From Raillietiella orientalis (Eukaryota), in assembly GCA_036172245.1 (NCBI GenBank), contig JAYWIR010000028.1:2232001-2296000 (forward strand): 64,000 nucleotides of DNA, in the 5' to 3' direction. A program made the translations under genes and the position numbers. Position 1 is the first letter of the stretch. Each line of letters begins with the position of its first letter. Of the stretch, positions 61,500-64,000 are shown piece after piece. The notes under the pieces were generated by a model, which worked only from the letters and a program-made list of their open reading frames with translations, was not told the origin of the DNA and made no database searches.

Positions 61500-64000
61500 T
61501 CCACAGTTTTGTTCCTTGAATTCAGGTCCTTTCGTTTCGGAATGAAGGGGCCTCTCTTGGCCAGCTGAGCAATTCTGGAGAGGTTTTTTCTCTTATTCTC
61601 CCTTTCTTGCATCCCGAATGTTTTCGGAATTTCGTTTCTGTGAATAAATGGTCCATCTCTTTGAACTGTTGGTCCCTGACCGGGATGGTGGAGCTCACCT
61701 TCACGAAATGGTCGGATTTACTCAGTGACTTAGAAGAGGCACTTCAAGACCAGACAAACCAACCAAATTCACAGATTCCCTCCAGAGAGGAGCAGCTCTC
61801 TCGAGAGTGGGAGCTTCCGGTAATATTCCAAGCAGCAGCACTCACCTAAATCATCGAGATAAATGGAATGCCGTCACCCTTTAGTAAGAACACTTGAGCA
61901 GAGTGCCACTGTTCTTCCTTAAGGAAACAGAGAAGAGCTAGGTTAGGTTAGGTGGATGACCTTGGTTTGCATGGTGCAGTTTAGAGCTCGAACTGCTGAA
62001 GCTCTGAAATGGGAAAAGTCCGTTTTTTGCAAAGTCTTAACGTCAGCCCATTTGCTAAGGTACCGCTTCTTATCCAGGGTCAGCTCACTCATCTCGTTGG
62101 AAACATCCTGCGACACTTTGACGTGTGCCCAGTCCTTCTTGTGGACACTGCATGTCTCTTTAGTAGCAATCCTCTGACGACACTGAGAGTGCCTCCTGCA
62201 GCTTCCTCCCTGCCGGATGGCTTTTCCTTCCACCGGTCTTCCATTTTTCGACATGACCTGTTCATCCGTTTCCCGTTTCTTTTCTGGGTACGGCGGAATA
62301 TCTTCGCTCCGAGAGTGCTGTGGGTCCAAGGTGGAGCGCACTGGGCATGGTACAGACTCATCCTCCTGCTATCTCGTCCAGCGAGCGATTGGCTCTCGTT
62401 GGAGTCAGACGACAACAAAGAACTCGTCCCGCGCCTTTTCCTCCTTGCCAACAACGCGTCCAACGGAGCCTGCATCTTCTCGAGCAGTGACGAAACGCCG
62501 TGGTCGAAGGCAGACCTCTTGCGCAAACAGCCCAATTTAGGATGTGCTCCCTAGCCCTTGCACCACTCTGTGAACCAGGACTCTCCTCAGCAGACCTTCG
62601 ACAACTCCTTTTTCCCACTACAGGCTGGAATGCCTCTCCTCCCGAACATGGAAAAGCGCATTTCGTGTAATACTCCCGGATTAAGGGAGCATTCCCTAGC
62701 GCAGTGAGAACGGGATTCGACGAAGCACAAGGCGGGAGAGGGGCTGTCGCGGGTTTCCGCACCAATTTTCTCCTCCCTCATTGGCAGCTGTTCCAGGATA
62801 CGACGGGAAGAACACGGACCGCCGGAAAGTGCCTCCTCCTCTGAATGCAGTGGGAACCGCTTCTTGCGGCATCTGCTGTCCCAACTGCTCCGTCCGACTG
62901 ATGACGCAGACGGTGCTCCAACACGGGCCGTGCTGTACTCTGCAACGCACCGCCTTGCGTCTCGTGCATGCGTGAAAAGGGATCTTTCGGGTTTTTCATG
63001 GCATGCCAGGACTTCAGACGACCTCCTGCCAGCGCTCCCACCGATGCTTCCTTGGCCTTCTCTCCGGAGTGAAAGGGGGTGGCGGCTCGCAGTGGCAAAC
63101 AACGAGGACGCTCGACTTTTTCTTCCGGAGGACCTGGCAAGCTGACTGAGAACCAGATTCGACCCCGGGTGTTAGCTGCATGCAACCCACCACCTGCCAC
63201 TGCTTTGCCTCCTCGATGTGGCTCACGAGACCACCATGCCTCCTGGTGGTGAGATCGGAATTTCGCATGCGATGATCGAGAAGGCACTGCAGCGTCTCAT
63301 CCCGCACCGCGAACCTTCTGCGCGAGTGGTCGACACCTAGCGAGCGCCTCCCGTGCGACAAGTAGAGCGGAGCCGCACGTGGCGAAGCGATGGCCGGAAG
63401 CACCTCAGGTTCTTCGGTAAGCTCCTCGGCGCAGGAGCCATGGAGAGAGGAATGGTCGTTCCGGCTTTCAACAAGGGCGTGCCGAGGCTCGCCGCTCTGG
63501 ACGAATGCTGGAGGAGGGTTTACGTCTCATGGCTTGGCGGAAGGTAAAACCGACAACTCCTGTTCGGATTTCCACTGCGTCTGCGCGCGCGCGGAGGACT
63601 CCTGTTGACCTACCATCGGGGTGCTGTGGACGCAGCCTCTCTGAAAGGCGAACTTCTCCAGGTCCGTCGGTTAGGACTAAAGCCCTTTGGCTGCCGCAGC
63701 ACGCAGTGTTCTCTTGGAAAGCTCCGCGACGGTTTGGTCCGGAGATGTTCGCAGCTTAAAACGGCTAAGATGTCGGTTTCTTCAGGTAGGAGAGTTCCAA
63801 AGCAGCAATCTGCTTCCAGATGGATTGTTTTCTCAACAACGAACGAAGCTAGAAGAGTACCATTCTTTCTATAAGAGTCCAGAGTCTGAAATCGATTCAG
63901 GGATGCATCCATGCGGCACGGTTAGACCTTATTCCTGAGACAGCATCGGTCTTCCGAGGAACATCCTGATCGCTTGTGCACGAGGAAAGATGGGAAGAAT
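61500..64000 (-). mobile_element. Decayed RLE-type non-LTR element (RT, knuckle, RLE); 5' part extends beyond window
   Basis: LLDHRMRN...LVSHIEEAK (RT domains 2-2a), AVRALNCTMQT (A..n.LpT), GTL..VL knuckle remnant, KSDH..VSSTIP...TKFRKH (PD...E.T.P...K..KY). Confidence 0.6.

Overview
Eukaryotic, probably invertebrate-animal, genomic DNA (inference from GC-rich sequence with no obvious CpG depletion, long (CG)n/(GA)n/poly-A tracts and the transposon types). I find no convincing intact host gene, operon, RNA gene or CRISPR array; the listed ORFs are chance or repeat-derived. Most of the window is a dense set of heavily decayed, frameshifted transposon fragments, recognised by eye from degenerate protein motifs. 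They include APE-type LINEs, RLE-type non-LTR elements (R2/NeSL/Hero/CRE-like), Penelope-like elements, two Ty3/gypsy pol pieces, a hAT transposase and two THAP-domain repeats. TE-free islands between them look like host cis-regulatory DNA (promoter-like block at 16.3-17.0 kb, GATA cluster at 48.8-49.05 kb). Three things stand out. (1) Extreme orientation bias: about 28 of 31 retroelement coding remnants lie on the minus strand. (2) A four-copy repeat family has a tRNA-like Pol III head, extra B-box-like motifs and an ORF-like body. (3) A young, near-perfect 72-bp x9 minisatellite amplifies the N-terminal WNVRGL motif of a dead LINE endonuclease. Element boundaries are approximate (about +/-100-200 bp) and clade calls need HMM confirmation.
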